64,000 bases of DNA from Sedimentisphaeraceae bacterium JB056 (GTDB lineage: Bacteria; Planctomycetota; Phycisphaerae; Sedimentisphaerales; Sedimentisphaeraceae), in assembly GCA_044440125.1 (NCBI GenBank), contig JBITAJ010000022.1:288001-352000 (forward strand), read 5' to 3'. The stretch's first letter is position 1, and each line of letters begins with the position of its first letter. A program made the position numbers and the translations under genes. Below, in pieces: positions 18,675-29,082 of the stretch. The notes under the pieces were generated by a model that saw nothing but the letters and a program-made list of their open reading frames with translations, made no database searches and had not been told where the DNA came from.

Positions 18675-20684
18675 TCAAAGAGAACTGTAAACACAATCAT
18701 CTGCATAAGGCAGTGTACAAGAAAGCCAACTTTCGAAGAATACAGCCACATCACTTATATCAACCTGACAATCCTCATTGAGATCTCCGGCTAAGTATCC
18801 CCATGCGCCGCATGGAACAACAAAACTTTGATAATCCTCTATCCTGTGAAAAGTAGCTTTATTGGAATCATGGTAGTTATGAGCTCCATCGTAAGAAGTA
18901 CGACTCATATAAATAATATCATCGCTATCAAATTCCCATACCACATACTGAAAACCGACATAGACTTTTGAATCATACCATGTCAGCGGGGAATTATCCT
19001 GCAATACTGTTCTTACATGCTCCCAGTTGATAAGATCATCAGAAGCAATCAGAGACAGAGTGTTACGCTGATGCGGTCTTGTTGGATCGGTATTGTTATT
19101 ATTGAGAGTGAGATACTTTCCTGTTGCCGGGTCGCGGTGAATATCGAATTTATGCATACCGCCGGGCATATCTATAAATCCGGTTTCCGGATCAAAGGTG
19201 AGCGTGGTGTTATCACTGCTTAGAGAGAGTATTGCCGCAATATCAACCGCCGGATCAGTATCTGCTCTCATTAAAACAACCATACTTCCATCAGGAGCCT
19301 GCACTACATTACCTTCCAGCCAACCCGGAGAAGAACATTCCCATGCAGGATCTGCCCACTGTGGGTCATATTCAACTGCATTAGTCATTGTCCAGCTCGC
19401 AGGATCAAGCAAGTTACTATTTTCATCAGCAGAAACAACTACCGGAGCATAAGAATCTGACCAGCCTGCCGCTGTTACTTTCCTTTCAAATACACGATAA
19501 ATCCTTCCATTGGCTTTGGCAACCGGAACCGGTCCGGTATGATAGCCTAAAGTACCTTCATCTTGTGCTTGGAATAGGATGCTTCTGGTTGTCCAGTTTG
19601 AACCATAATTTGAACTTTTTGAAATCGTTATATGTCCTGGGTTTCTACTTATTCCAAACAGATACAAATCGCCATCATGTTCAAAAAGAGTTGCCATGCA
19701 GACATCTGCAACAGTACCTCTTGGCCACCATGTCAAACCATCATTATATGATATTTTCACAACTGATGTTCCACCGTCAACAGGCTTATTTTCACCAAAA
19801 TAATCATGGGATGCAACAATCGTTCCATCAGCAAACTTATGCATTGAAGGTGAACTTATGAAAGGACCTTCAAATGCTCCATCATTTGCCATCTCACTTA
19901 CCCATAGGCTTGCCGGCTGAGCGGGATTGCCTGCCGTATAGTGTGCCTGTATTCGGGAGAGGCTCAAAGCTTTATTATAAACAGCAACCTCATCAATGTA
20001 ACCGCGATAGTAAGAATCCATATCAGGAGAGCGTCCTATTTGATCTATCTCATCAGGGGTGCCAAATACGTAAAAATCGCTCGTGAAATCGACCTGGCCA
20101 TCACAGGCAAGAATCCCATTGAAATATATTTTAATGCTGTCTGCCGGATAGTCATACACGCATACTACATGCGTCCACTGATCTACCGCAGAGAAATTAG
20201 TTGTAACCTTCAGATAAGAATCGGAGATATTACTCCTGCCGGCAACAACCATATATCCCTGACCACTGCTGATGCCTATAGATATATCTATGCCTGCACC
20301 GCCGCCGTCAATTCTTGACGCAAAAATTCGCTGTGTTGGATAGCCGTCAATAAGATAGCTGTTTTTTATCCACATCTCAACAGTTACTGCCGAGCTTTGA
20401 TTAATAAGCTCACCGATGGTATTGCCAAGATCTATACCAGCCTCGTTACCGTTAAACCAGGCGCAACTTCCATCAATACCGGCATCAACAGTCATTGTAT
20501 CACCTTGATAAGTTGCTTGGGTATTCCCAATTGCATCTGTTGCGGCATAACCATCTTTGTATCTTACATCGTCAAACCGCCACCATGCTACAGGTGAATC
20601 GGTATTTACTGCTTCATAGTATCCGGCAAAAATGCGGCCGCAAGATAAAAATAAAATCAATCCATATATATATAATTTTGACAT
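18675..20684 (-). CDS. Secreted LamG + Asp-box (sialidase-like) beta-propeller + half-dockerin protein
   Basis: PVAWWRFD...GYIDEVAVY LamG domain; SYNDGLTW and SSNYGSNW Asp-boxes; GWLEGN; C-terminal GDLNEDCQVD. Confidence 0.8.
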   Translation of the reverse strand: MSKLYIYGLILFLSCGRIFAGYYEAVNTDSPVAWWRFDDVRYKDGYAATDAIGNTQATYQGDTMTVDAGIDGSCAWFNGNEAGIDLGNTIGELINQSSAVTVEMWIKNSYLIDGYPTQRIFASRIDGGGAGIDISIGISSGQGYMVVAGRSNISDSYLKVTTNFSAVDQWTHVVCVYDYPADSIKIYFNGILACDGQVDFTSDFYVFGTPDEIDQIGRSPDMDSYYRGYIDEVAVYNKALSLSRIQAHYTAGNPAQPASLWVSEMANDGAFEGPFISSPSMHKFADGTIVASHDYFGENKPVDGGTSVVKISYNDGLTWWPRGTVADVCMATLFEHDGDLYLFGISRNPGHITISKSSNYGSNWTTRSILFQAQDEGTLGYHTGPVPVAKANGRIYRVFERKVTAAGWSDSYAPVVVSADENSNLLDPASWTMTNAVEYDPQWADPAWECSSPGWLEGNVVQAPDGSMVVLMRADTDPAVDIAAILSLSSDNTTLTFDPETGFIDMPGGMHKFDIHRDPATGKYLTLNNNNTDPTRPHQRNTLSLIASDDLINWEHVRTVLQDNSPLTWYDSKVYVGFQYVVWEFDSDDIIYMSRTSYDGAHNYHDSNKATFHRIEDYQSFVVPCGAWGYLAGDLNEDCQVDISDVAVFFESWLSCTLPYADDCVYSSL

Positions 20685-20687
20685 CTA

Positions 20688-22685
20688 TCAATTCTCCACC
20701 ATATTTATACAACCATCAGCATAAGGCTGACTGCACAATAACCATTGACTGGCGATAAATGAAAAATCTTTCATATCAACAAGGCAATCACGATTGAAAT
20801 CCATCTGCAAATATCCCCAATCACCGCACGGAGCGACAAAGTCAAGATAATTCTCCAGCCGATGAAAAGTCATTCTGTTTGAATCATGGTAGTTTATAGC
20901 GCCATCATAACCTGTACGACTCATAAATATTATATCATCACCATCAGGCTCCCATACAACATACTGAAACCCTACATTAACCATTGAATCATACCAATTG
21001 TATGCGGAATTATCCTGAATAACAGTTCTGATATGATACCAATTCCGCAAATCTTCTGAACCGACAAGCGATAATGTATTTCTTTGAGCAGGGCGTGAAA
21101 GATCAGTATTGTTATTGTTAAGTGTCAGATAAAGTCCTGTAACAGGATCACGATGAATGTCAAATTTATGCATTCCGCCCGGCATATCAATAAATCCTGT
21201 TTCAGGATCAAAACTCAAAACGGTATCATCTTCACTAAGTGTTAATATAGCCGCTTTATCAACGACCGGATTAGTATGATACCTCATCAATACGACCACT
21301 TCACCATCAGGATTTTCAACAACATTACCCTCCAGCCATCCCGGAGAAGTACACTCCCATGCAGGATCAGGCCATGATGGGTCAAACTCAACCGCATTAG
21401 TCATGGTCCAACTTGCCGGGTCAAGCAGGTCGCTATTCTCATCAGCCCATACAACGACTGCAGCATAAGCAATCGGCCATCTTTCATCTGCTACTCTTTC
21501 CTCAAACACCCTGTAAATTCGTCCATTTGAATGTATAACCGGAACAGGTCCTGTGTGATAGCCATAAGTACCTACAAGCTCTGCCTGAAATAGTACCGAA
21601 CGAGGCGTCCAGCTTACACCGTAGTCGGTAGTCTTGCTTATACATATATGCCCCGGATTCGTTGTGATACCGAAAAGATAAGTCTCCCCATTATGCTCAA
21701 ACAATGTCCCCATTGCAAAATCATCAATCTGTGTACGCTGAATCCAACTTAATCCGTTGTTATACGAAATCTTGAATAAAGAATCACCCCAGACATTATA
21801 GCCGGTAAGTATAACACCATCATCATACTTGATCATAGTCGGCGAACCAATCAGACGCCCTGTAGATGCGTCAAGGTAATCTATTTGACTAACCCAAAGA
21901 TCACCCGGCTCCTGCGGACTTCCCGCCTGATAGTGAGCTGTTATTTGAGAAGCACTCAACGCCTTGTCATAAACAGCAACTTCATCGATATACCCTCTGT
22001 ATGGAACTCTCAAATCAGGAGCCCGCCCTATCTGGTCTGATTGAGTCGGCTCTCCATATACATAAACGTCACTCGCAAAATCAACTGTTGCCTCCTGCCT
22101 TAATGCACCATTTATATATATTGACACCTTTTTAGCAGTATAGTCTGCCACACACACAACATGAGTCCACTGATCAACGGTATCAAAAGAAGCCGAAGCC
22201 GACATATATGAATCTGCAACACTGCTTCTTCCTGCGAACTTCAAATAACTCGTAGAATCAGAATAAGTATACAATCCTATATCAATACCTGCTGCTCCGC
22301 CGTCAATTCTTGTAGCAAAAATTCTCTGCACGCTCGAGCTATCCAGAGGCAAATAACTGTTACGAAACCATGCCTCAAATGTAGACGCATTACTCTGATC
22401 AAGCAATTTACCAATTGTGTTACCAATATCAATACCAGCCTGATTACCATTAAACCATCCGCACTTGCCGTCAATACCAGCCTCCACGGTCATTACATCA
22501 CCTTGAAAAACAGCATCAGTTATATTACCGGTCGCCTCTTCTGCGACTAATCCATCCTTGTATCTATAATCTTCTAAACGCCACCAGGCTACAGGACTAT
22601 CCGAAGCAACCTGCTCATGATAACCGCCAAATACAAATAAGTTAATGACGGCGATATAGACAAAGATAATTTTAATCTGTTTCAT
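20688..22685 (-). CDS. Secreted LamG + Asp-box (sialidase-like) beta-propeller + half-dockerin protein; tandem paralog of 18675-20684
   Basis: Same architecture with long near-identical stretches; start refined to MKQIKII at 22685. Confidence 0.8.
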   Translation of the reverse strand: MKQIKIIFVYIAVINLFVFGGYHEQVASDSPVAWWRLEDYRYKDGLVAEEATGNITDAVFQGDVMTVEAGIDGKCGWFNGNQAGIDIGNTIGKLLDQSNASTFEAWFRNSYLPLDSSSVQRIFATRIDGGAAGIDIGLYTYSDSTSYLKFAGRSSVADSYMSASASFDTVDQWTHVVCVADYTAKKVSIYINGALRQEATVDFASDVYVYGEPTQSDQIGRAPDLRVPYRGYIDEVAVYDKALSASQITAHYQAGSPQEPGDLWVSQIDYLDASTGRLIGSPTMIKYDDGVILTGYNVWGDSLFKISYNNGLSWIQRTQIDDFAMGTLFEHNGETYLFGITTNPGHICISKTTDYGVSWTPRSVLFQAELVGTYGYHTGPVPVIHSNGRIYRVFEERVADERWPIAYAAVVVWADENSDLLDPASWTMTNAVEFDPSWPDPAWECTSPGWLEGNVVENPDGEVVVLMRYHTNPVVDKAAILTLSEDDTVLSFDPETGFIDMPGGMHKFDIHRDPVTGLYLTLNNNNTDLSRPAQRNTLSLVGSEDLRNWYHIRTVIQDNSAYNWYDSMVNVGFQYVVWEPDGDDIIFMSRTGYDGAINYHDSNRMTFHRLENYLDFVAPCGDWGYLQMDFNRDCLVDMKDFSFIASQWLLCSQPYADGCINMVEN

Positions 22686-22713
22686 GATTCCGGTATCTTT
22701 CATATCGAAAATG

Positions 22714-22742
22714 TAAAATGGGGTGCAGCATTGCCGCACCCC
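22714..22742 (-). terminator. Probable intrinsic terminator
   Basis: Minus strand GGGGTGCGGC-AAT-GCTGCACCCC followed by ATTTTAC, after the stop at 22765. Confidence 0.65.
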
Positions 22743-22764
22743 TAAAATCAATATTACCTTAATA

Positions 22765-25068
22765 TTAGAATGCCAACTCACATTCTGCATCAGTTGGATC
22801 ATTACATGAGAGCCACTGAGATGCCATAATAGCAAAGTCAGCTATTGTAACATAACAGTCATGGTTTGCATCAGCCGCAAGCGCAAAACCACCGGCGATA
22901 ACATCCGCACAATCTTCAGGAGTAAAGAATGTAACCTGAAGCTCTTCGTATTCACCATTTTGAACGATTTCATAGCTAACGAACGGAGAATCAACAAGGT
23001 CGTCAGTGTTATCGAAGATGTCGCCTAATGCTCGCAATACTGTGTATGTACCTTCAACACGACTGCCGCCGAGCTGTGATACACTAACAGTACCATCAAT
23101 CACTACATTACCTGCAACAACAAGACCGTTGCCAACACCATGAGTAGTATCGAGTTCAAAGGCAAGATTACCGCCATTACCGATTGTCAACTGGGCAGCT
23201 GTAGTAGTTGTCTGATAACCTGAAACAGTCATTGTTGCCCCATCACTGAGAGCAAGAAGGTTGTCAACTGCAAATACTGCACTACCGCTAACTATAATAT
23301 CAGCTGATGCTTCTGTACCTGTAGAAGCCAACAAGTTCATTGCACTGAAAGAACCGCCTGAAACTTCAAGAGTTGCATCACCATCTTTGCCGATAAATGC
23401 AACACTCTCTACGTCAACACTGCCGCCAGAGACTGTCATAGCACCTGTAGCTGCTGTATCATCGCCTATTGTAAGATTAACAAATGATGCGTCAGCACCA
23501 GTTGATGCATTCAGGATACCTGTTGATGTATCACCAACAACTGCACCGTTAAACGCAACTGTTGAACTGAGAGCAATAGTTTCTGATTCAACAATGGCTA
23601 CATCATTAGCACCGGCACTTGACCATACTACCTCTGAAGCTGTAACCGGTGAATTAAGAACAACAGCTGAACCGCTGCCGGAATTAAACAACTCAGCAGT
23701 CCAACCGGCTGTCTGTGCTGCTGAACTGAGAATAGAAGCAGTCACATCGCCAGCCGCAATTTCTAAAGCATAATCTTCATCCGGCTCTGATGCGGGGAGA
23801 TATTCCATTGGCTCTGTAGAAGCCGCTACCATATAATCACCGGCTGTATCTGTTCCTGTCAAGAAGGATGCGTCAAGAGCAGCACCTTCCTTAATAAGGA
23901 ATGTTCCATCAACTTCAATTTCATTAAGACCATCCATATCAATGCCCGCAAACGCACAAAGACCTTTGCCAATACCGGCTGAACCATTGAGAATCGCCTC
24001 AACATTACCTGTTCCGCTTACCTCAACGAGAGCGCAATTAACTGTACCGGCATCACCTTCAATTATGAATTCAGCAGTACCTTCTCTACCTATCTCAATA
24101 TGAGTATCTGAATTAAGAACACCGCCACTGACTTTTACATAACCGTTTGTTGTATAACTCTCGCCAAGAACACCCTGACCAATAGTCATTCTGTTAGTAT
24201 TAAGAATACCGCCACTGACCTCAACTCCAGCCTCACCACTGAGACCAACAGTGAAATACTCATTACAATTAACTTCACCGCCACTGACGAATACAAAACC
24301 TTGCGAATTTGGATCATCAAGATAACCCAGTGTTATCCTGTCAACATTAACAGTACCGCCGCTTACATTGACTTCACCATAACCATTGTCACCAATCACA
24401 CTGTAGCTGTTCAATACATTGAGAACGCCTGTTCCACTGACGTTTACAATACCAACACCAGTAGTACTGCCGTCACCAGCTCTAAGCTGCTCACCTTGTA
24501 TGTTAAGAGTACCACCTGTCAGATTAACTGTACCGGTACCTATAACACCAACATTGAGATATCTTGTAGTATTAAATTCACCACCTGAAACATTCAGAAC
24601 ACCTTCTGAACCGGTTTGCTGACCAAGCTGAGAGCGGTTTACAGTAAGAACACCGTCTGAAACATCAACAACACCATAGCCGACACCACCAATTGTATAG
24701 TAGGAAGAGAAATTTGTTGATCCGCCTTGAATATACAATGTAGCGTCAGAACCGGAACCGTAACCTATCTGGGAAGAACTGAAAGAATTAGTTCCGCCCG
24801 TAATGTACATTTCGGCAATACTGTCTGTAGTATCCGCCAGATACAGAGAGCCGCATGTTACATCACTTGAAAGGATAGGTGCATCACTGCCGCTCATGCG
24901 GATTTTAGGTGTATCACCGGATGTAAATACATAGCCGCTTGCTAAATCAAACCAGTTCAGATAATTGGTGAAAACCTGATCACCGCCGCCGTTCGTCCAT
25001 ATTCTGTCAGTAGCAAAGACAACAGAAACAGACATCATTAAACTAATAATGATTACAAACTTTTTCAT
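22765..25068 (-). CDS. Secreted Gly-rich beta-helix repeat protein (autotransporter-passenger/PEP-CTERM-associated-repeat-like) with half-dockerin tag
   Basis: Repeated xVGxxGxGxVxVSGGxL units; start MKKFVII (25068) with AAGGAG SD; C-terminal ADANHDCYV..DF...QWL. Confidence 0.75.
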   Translation of the reverse strand: MKKFVIIISLMMSVSVVFATDRIWTNGGGDQVFTNYLNWFDLASGYVFTSGDTPKIRMSGSDAPILSSDVTCGSLYLADTTDSIAEMYITGGTNSFSSSQIGYGSGSDATLYIQGGSTNFSSYYTIGGVGYGVVDVSDGVLTVNRSQLGQQTGSEGVLNVSGGEFNTTRYLNVGVIGTGTVNLTGGTLNIQGEQLRAGDGSTTGVGIVNVSGTGVLNVLNSYSVIGDNGYGEVNVSGGTVNVDRITLGYLDDPNSQGFVFVSGGEVNCNEYFTVGLSGEAGVEVSGGILNTNRMTIGQGVLGESYTTNGYVKVSGGVLNSDTHIEIGREGTAEFIIEGDAGTVNCALVEVSGTGNVEAILNGSAGIGKGLCAFAGIDMDGLNEIEVDGTFLIKEGAALDASFLTGTDTAGDYMVAASTEPMEYLPASEPDEDYALEIAAGDVTASILSSAAQTAGWTAELFNSGSGSAVVLNSPVTASEVVWSSAGANDVAIVESETIALSSTVAFNGAVVGDTSTGILNASTGADASFVNLTIGDDTAATGAMTVSGGSVDVESVAFIGKDGDATLEVSGGSFSAMNLLASTGTEASADIIVSGSAVFAVDNLLALSDGATMTVSGYQTTTTAAQLTIGNGGNLAFELDTTHGVGNGLVVAGNVVIDGTVSVSQLGGSRVEGTYTVLRALGDIFDNTDDLVDSPFVSYEIVQNGEYEELQVTFFTPEDCADVIAGGFALAADANHDCYVTIADFAIMASQWLSCNDPTDAECELAF

Positions 25069-25091
25069 AATAATCTCCTTAAACAATAAAA

Positions 25092-27587
25092 TTATAATTT
25101 GTACAAATCTACTATATTTTGTACTTTCACTCTTTTAATAAATTGTTCTAAATTTATATCTTCACAAGTTTTAATATTTATTTTAGCCTCACGCAGTGGA
25201 TGAATATGCACGAAATTATCACTATAAACAGCTTCTGTATCCTGAAGTTGCACCCTGCACCAAAACGCCGGCTCTCTGGCACTAAGCTCAACTTCAAAAT
25301 AACCGCCGCTGCAATGAATTACAGAAACATCCATTTCCGTCTTTTTGCGAGATTTCATATCTTTGGGTTTCACAAAAGAAACCCAGTTGTCAGTAATAAT
25401 TTTACCGCCGCATTCTAATTCAAACCAGACAATTCTATTATTCAATTCATTATCAGTAACACTTTTTGAAACATCAAGTTTAAAAACAGGCTCACTGGCA
25501 AATGCTGAAATATTAATATTTTCACTGCCAAACTCTAAAGCCACTCCGTTAAGATCATATACGAACCATTTTAATTTGGCATCTATATTTTGCTGTTTGT
25601 CATTAGTTACGTAGATTTCAACAGTTCTATTTTTATAATCTTCAATACCGCTTACTAAGATCGGTGCAAAAAACCGTTTTGCCATATAATGCAGAGCTTT
25701 CCAGTTCCCATAATAATCAATCGAACTCCAGCTTGCTACCGGCCATGTGTCATTTAACTGCCAATACAAAGTACCCATACATTGCGGCATCAATCTTCGC
25801 CAATGTTCACAGGCATATTTGATAGCGATACCCTGAACGATTTGACTGAGCAGAAGAAAGTTTTCAAACTTTTGCGGCAGTCCAAACCACTCATCAACAT
25901 ATTCTTTTATTGTCTGATTGCCTGCCGCTGATCTTTGATGATGATTCATTACATCAGAGGCAATATATCTTTCATCGGCAAGAGTATAACTCTCAACAGT
26001 TTTGAGCTCGGGGAAAGACTGAAAACCAAACTCACTTACAAACCTGTGCATGCAGCCCCAATACCACTGAAAAGGTTCCTTCTTAAACCATACATTCCAC
26101 AAATGAGCGTCTCCGCATGAAGGATTATTGAAATCGTACCTATCGCCGTTTGGACTGTGAGGGCTGCCAGGCCAGTAATCGCATGATGGATTCAGTTCTT
26201 TAACAAGCCCGCCGAGAACATCGTCAAACAATCGACTGTAATCTTTCAGGCTCATCTTTTTATCTGTCCATTGAGGACCAATAAACCCCTGCTCGATTTC
26301 ATTATTACCGCACCAAAGAGCAAGCGAAGCTCTGTTTCTCAGACGTTTTATATTGTATATTGCTTCCTCTCTTACGTTCTCCACAAAATCTTCATCATTG
26401 GCAGGGTAAGCGGAACAGGCAAACATGAAATCCTGCCATACACATATACCCAACTCATCGCAGGCATCATAAAAACTCTCATCCTCATATATACCACCAC
26501 CCCAGACTCTTATCATATTCATGTTGGCTGAAGCAGTATCTTCGATAAGCTTCCTGTATCGCTGTGGTGTCATTCTTGAAATTATAGCGTCAGCAGGTAT
26601 CCAATTTGTGCCTTTTGCAAAAAACGGAACGCCGTTGACGACAAACTGAAAACATTCTCCCCACTGATCATTGTGTCTGTCTAACTGCAAAGTACGTAAC
26701 CCAATTCTTTTTTTCATTAAGTCAATATGGTTACCCTGACAATCAAACAATTTGACAGATACATCATATAATGGCTGGTCGCCCATATTATTAGGCCACC
26801 ATAAACGCGGATTCTCTACATTCAATACAATACTATCGCTATCGTTAGAAATTTTACATTTTTCCTGACAGCAAACTTTATCTTCTAATTCAACTGAGAC
26901 CTCAGCGATTAACGATTCTTGATTTAATGATTCGCATTCAATATTTACCGTTAATTCAACTCCATCATCTGAATGTTTCTGTGATATATAAACATCATCA
27001 AGCTTTGCATTATCAAAAGCTGCAAGTTTTATATCTCTCCATATGCCACAAGTAATCGCTTTTATTCCCCAGTCCCAACCATAATTGCATTGCTGTTTTC
27101 TCACCCATCCGGCATGAGCAACTTTCTGGTCGTCCCAGCATGGTAATGAATATTCCGAATCTTTTTCTTCAATGTAAGGCAATGTAGATTTGAAAACTAT
27201 ATCGATTTGATTTCTGCTCTTAAGGTATTTAGTAACATCAAATTTCCACTGACGAAACATGTTGTCAGTGGATGCAATTTTATAGCCGTTAACAACTATA
27301 TTGGAAAAAGTATCAAGTCCATCACAGATAAGATAAACCTGTCCACTTGACAGCATTTCTTCACTGAGTTCAAACTCGCGTGAATATTTCCAGTCGGTTT
27401 TACCAATCCATTGAAGCTGTGTTTCGTTATCTCTGTAAAAGGGGTCTGGTATGGCATTGCAATTCAGTAAATCACAATACACATCACCGGGTACCGTTGC
27501 GGCGAAAGACTTCTGATTGTCAAGATTCAGTAAAGTCCATTTACCGGCAAGAGATAAATATTTAACACTATGTTGGTTACTGTTCAT
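25092..27587 (-). CDS. GH2 beta-mannosidase
   Basis: VPGDV, GWDWG, KGTNWIP, IRVWGGG, WQDFMF, WCGNNE, SEFGFQS, WQLND.WP. Confidence 0.92.
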   Translation of the reverse strand: MNSNQHSVKYLSLAGKWTLLNLDNQKSFAATVPGDVYCDLLNCNAIPDPFYRDNETQLQWIGKTDWKYSREFELSEEMLSSGQVYLICDGLDTFSNIVVNGYKIASTDNMFRQWKFDVTKYLKSRNQIDIVFKSTLPYIEEKDSEYSLPCWDDQKVAHAGWVRKQQCNYGWDWGIKAITCGIWRDIKLAAFDNAKLDDVYISQKHSDDGVELTVNIECESLNQESLIAEVSVELEDKVCCQEKCKISNDSDSIVLNVENPRLWWPNNMGDQPLYDVSVKLFDCQGNHIDLMKKRIGLRTLQLDRHNDQWGECFQFVVNGVPFFAKGTNWIPADAIISRMTPQRYRKLIEDTASANMNMIRVWGGGIYEDESFYDACDELGICVWQDFMFACSAYPANDEDFVENVREEAIYNIKRLRNRASLALWCGNNEIEQGFIGPQWTDKKMSLKDYSRLFDDVLGGLVKELNPSCDYWPGSPHSPNGDRYDFNNPSCGDAHLWNVWFKKEPFQWYWGCMHRFVSEFGFQSFPELKTVESYTLADERYIASDVMNHHQRSAAGNQTIKEYVDEWFGLPQKFENFLLLSQIVQGIAIKYACEHWRRLMPQCMGTLYWQLNDTWPVASWSSIDYYGNWKALHYMAKRFFAPILVSGIEDYKNRTVEIYVTNDKQQNIDAKLKWFVYDLNGVALEFGSENINISAFASEPVFKLDVSKSVTDNELNNRIVWFELECGGKIITDNWVSFVKPKDMKSRKKTEMDVSVIHCSGGYFEVELSAREPAFWCRVQLQDTEAVYSDNFVHIHPLREAKINIKTCEDINLEQFIKRVKVQNIVDLYKL

Positions 27588-27610
27588 TACAGATTCAGCG
27601 AAAATAATTA

Positions 27611-28960
27611 TTAATAAACAAGGTCTCTGAAGTTTTCTATTTTGTGGAAAGTAGCAATGTTGCCATTGTGAGCGTCATTAGAATCCAAATCACCGGAACG
27701 ACTCATAACAAGCAACGCATCATCTTTGATTACCATCTGTGGGTAATGTCTTGCGGATTTTTCAGATGGACCTATCGAAATCACACCTGCAAAACACCAG
27801 TCAATCATATTCTTTGAAAAATGAAGCACGAGTCTGCGGCGTTCATTATACGGCAAGTCGAATCTGTCTTTGTCAAGAAGCTCAGCCTTTGTCATGCTGT
27901 CGGTTGTCTGTGTACCTGCCATCCAATAGAGTTTAGTCTTTTCGTCATAGACAACACTGAACTTCATCTGACCACCCGGCAAAGGCACAAAGAAGTGTTT
28001 CTTACCGGAAGGAGCCGTTACAAATTCTGTCTTTATTGACCCATCTTTCTGCTCAACAGCTTTCATTACACACCCGATGTTTGATATACCGGAATTGAAA
28101 CGCATAAAGATGTGAAATGTATGTCCTGTTGAATCATACCAGTAGTGCTTTGGATCAAGAATCTGAACTACATTAGCCTCAAGCCATCCGCACGGCCATG
28201 ATACGATATTGCCTACCGTACCATTTTTTCTTATATATGTACGTTTTGTCCTGTACATATCAGGATAAAAAGACGGATAGAATGGTACTCCAAGCCACTC
28301 AAGTTCCTTATCGTTGACAGCTTTATAAAAAGGCATCTCTGAAGCAAATGTCCAACTCTCACGCTTTGTCAAATCCTTTGTCATATCACCACGCATAAGA
28401 ACAGGAATAAGCTCGGCAACCTTCCAGCCGCCTTTCATATCGCCCTTAGCCTCACGTTCCATAACCAGATAAACATAGTTGTCCTTATACCACACATTTG
28501 TTGCTGAACCATGCCATACCTGTTTATCTGTCAAATTAACTTTTTTAGACCATGTACTACCCCAGTCATCTGATGAAAGAATACCAAGATTACCCCGGTG
28601 CCCTATCATGTAAAGCTTATCACCGGCAACAAACGGACGAAAATGTATTAGGTCAAAATTCTTTCTGTAAACCCAGTTCTCTCCATCATCATCACTTGTA
28701 TAAATAAAACCAGGCCCGCCATTTTTAACTTCCGCTATCTTCGAAGCGCCACCGCCGCCAACACTGAAACTTCCTATTATTCTGCCATTCGGACAAACCG
28801 CAATCGCAGGATCATAGATACAACTGTTGACAGGATCTTCAACTTTATACAGCACCTTGCAATCATTAGCCAAAGGTTTTATCCTATGACAATCATCAAC
28901 CTTACCCGCAAAACACACACTGCAAACACAAACTAAAAATATGGTATTAAAAATTTTCAA
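27611..28960 (-). CDS. Secreted Asp-box (sialidase-like) beta-propeller protein, paralog 3
   Basis: TSDDDGENW and SSDDWGSTW Asp-boxes; GWLEANVV; PGGQMKF. Start refined to TTG at 28960. Confidence 0.78.
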   Translation of the reverse strand: MKIFNTIFLVCVCSVCFAGKVDDCHRIKPLANDCKVLYKVEDPVNSCIYDPAIAVCPNGRIIGSFSVGGGGASKIAEVKNGGPGFIYTSDDDGENWVYRKNFDLIHFRPFVAGDKLYMIGHRGNLGILSSDDWGSTWSKKVNLTDKQVWHGSATNVWYKDNYVYLVMEREAKGDMKGGWKVAELIPVLMRGDMTKDLTKRESWTFASEMPFYKAVNDKELEWLGVPFYPSFYPDMYRTKRTYIRKNGTVGNIVSWPCGWLEANVVQILDPKHYWYDSTGHTFHIFMRFNSGISNIGCVMKAVEQKDGSIKTEFVTAPSGKKHFFVPLPGGQMKFSVVYDEKTKLYWMAGTQTTDSMTKAELLDKDRFDLPYNERRRLVLHFSKNMIDWCFAGVISIGPSEKSARHYPQMVIKDDALLVMSRSGDLDSNDAHNGNIATFHKIENFRDLVY

Positions 28961-29020
28961 TTCTCTATCCTTTTCCTCAATTAATGCGTCCGACAAAAGC
29001 AATAGACATCCATCCTGTCC

Positions 29021-29071
29021 TCAATATCTGATTAAAATCGTAGATTTTATCAGCAACGATAGACTTTTGTC
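29021..29071. repeat. Intergenic 51-bp element, copy 1
   Basis: 39/51 ungapped identity to 43372-43422; lies inside CCGACAAAAG/CTTTTGTCGG inverted repeat (28990-29073). Confidence 0.6.
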
Positions 29072-29082
29072 GGCCTCGCCAA

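Noticed and set aside
23200..24800. Recurrent ACCGCCACTGAC-like repeats as a CRISPR or DNA repeat array
   Set aside because: They encode the VSGG protein repeats; degenerate and in frame, with no repeat-spacer structure or cas genes.
28990..29075. Nested hairpin after a stop codon as an integron attC site
   Set aside because: Ends read GAC/GTC rather than the conserved AAC/GTT cores, the arms pair poorly, and there is no integron integrase or cassette array.
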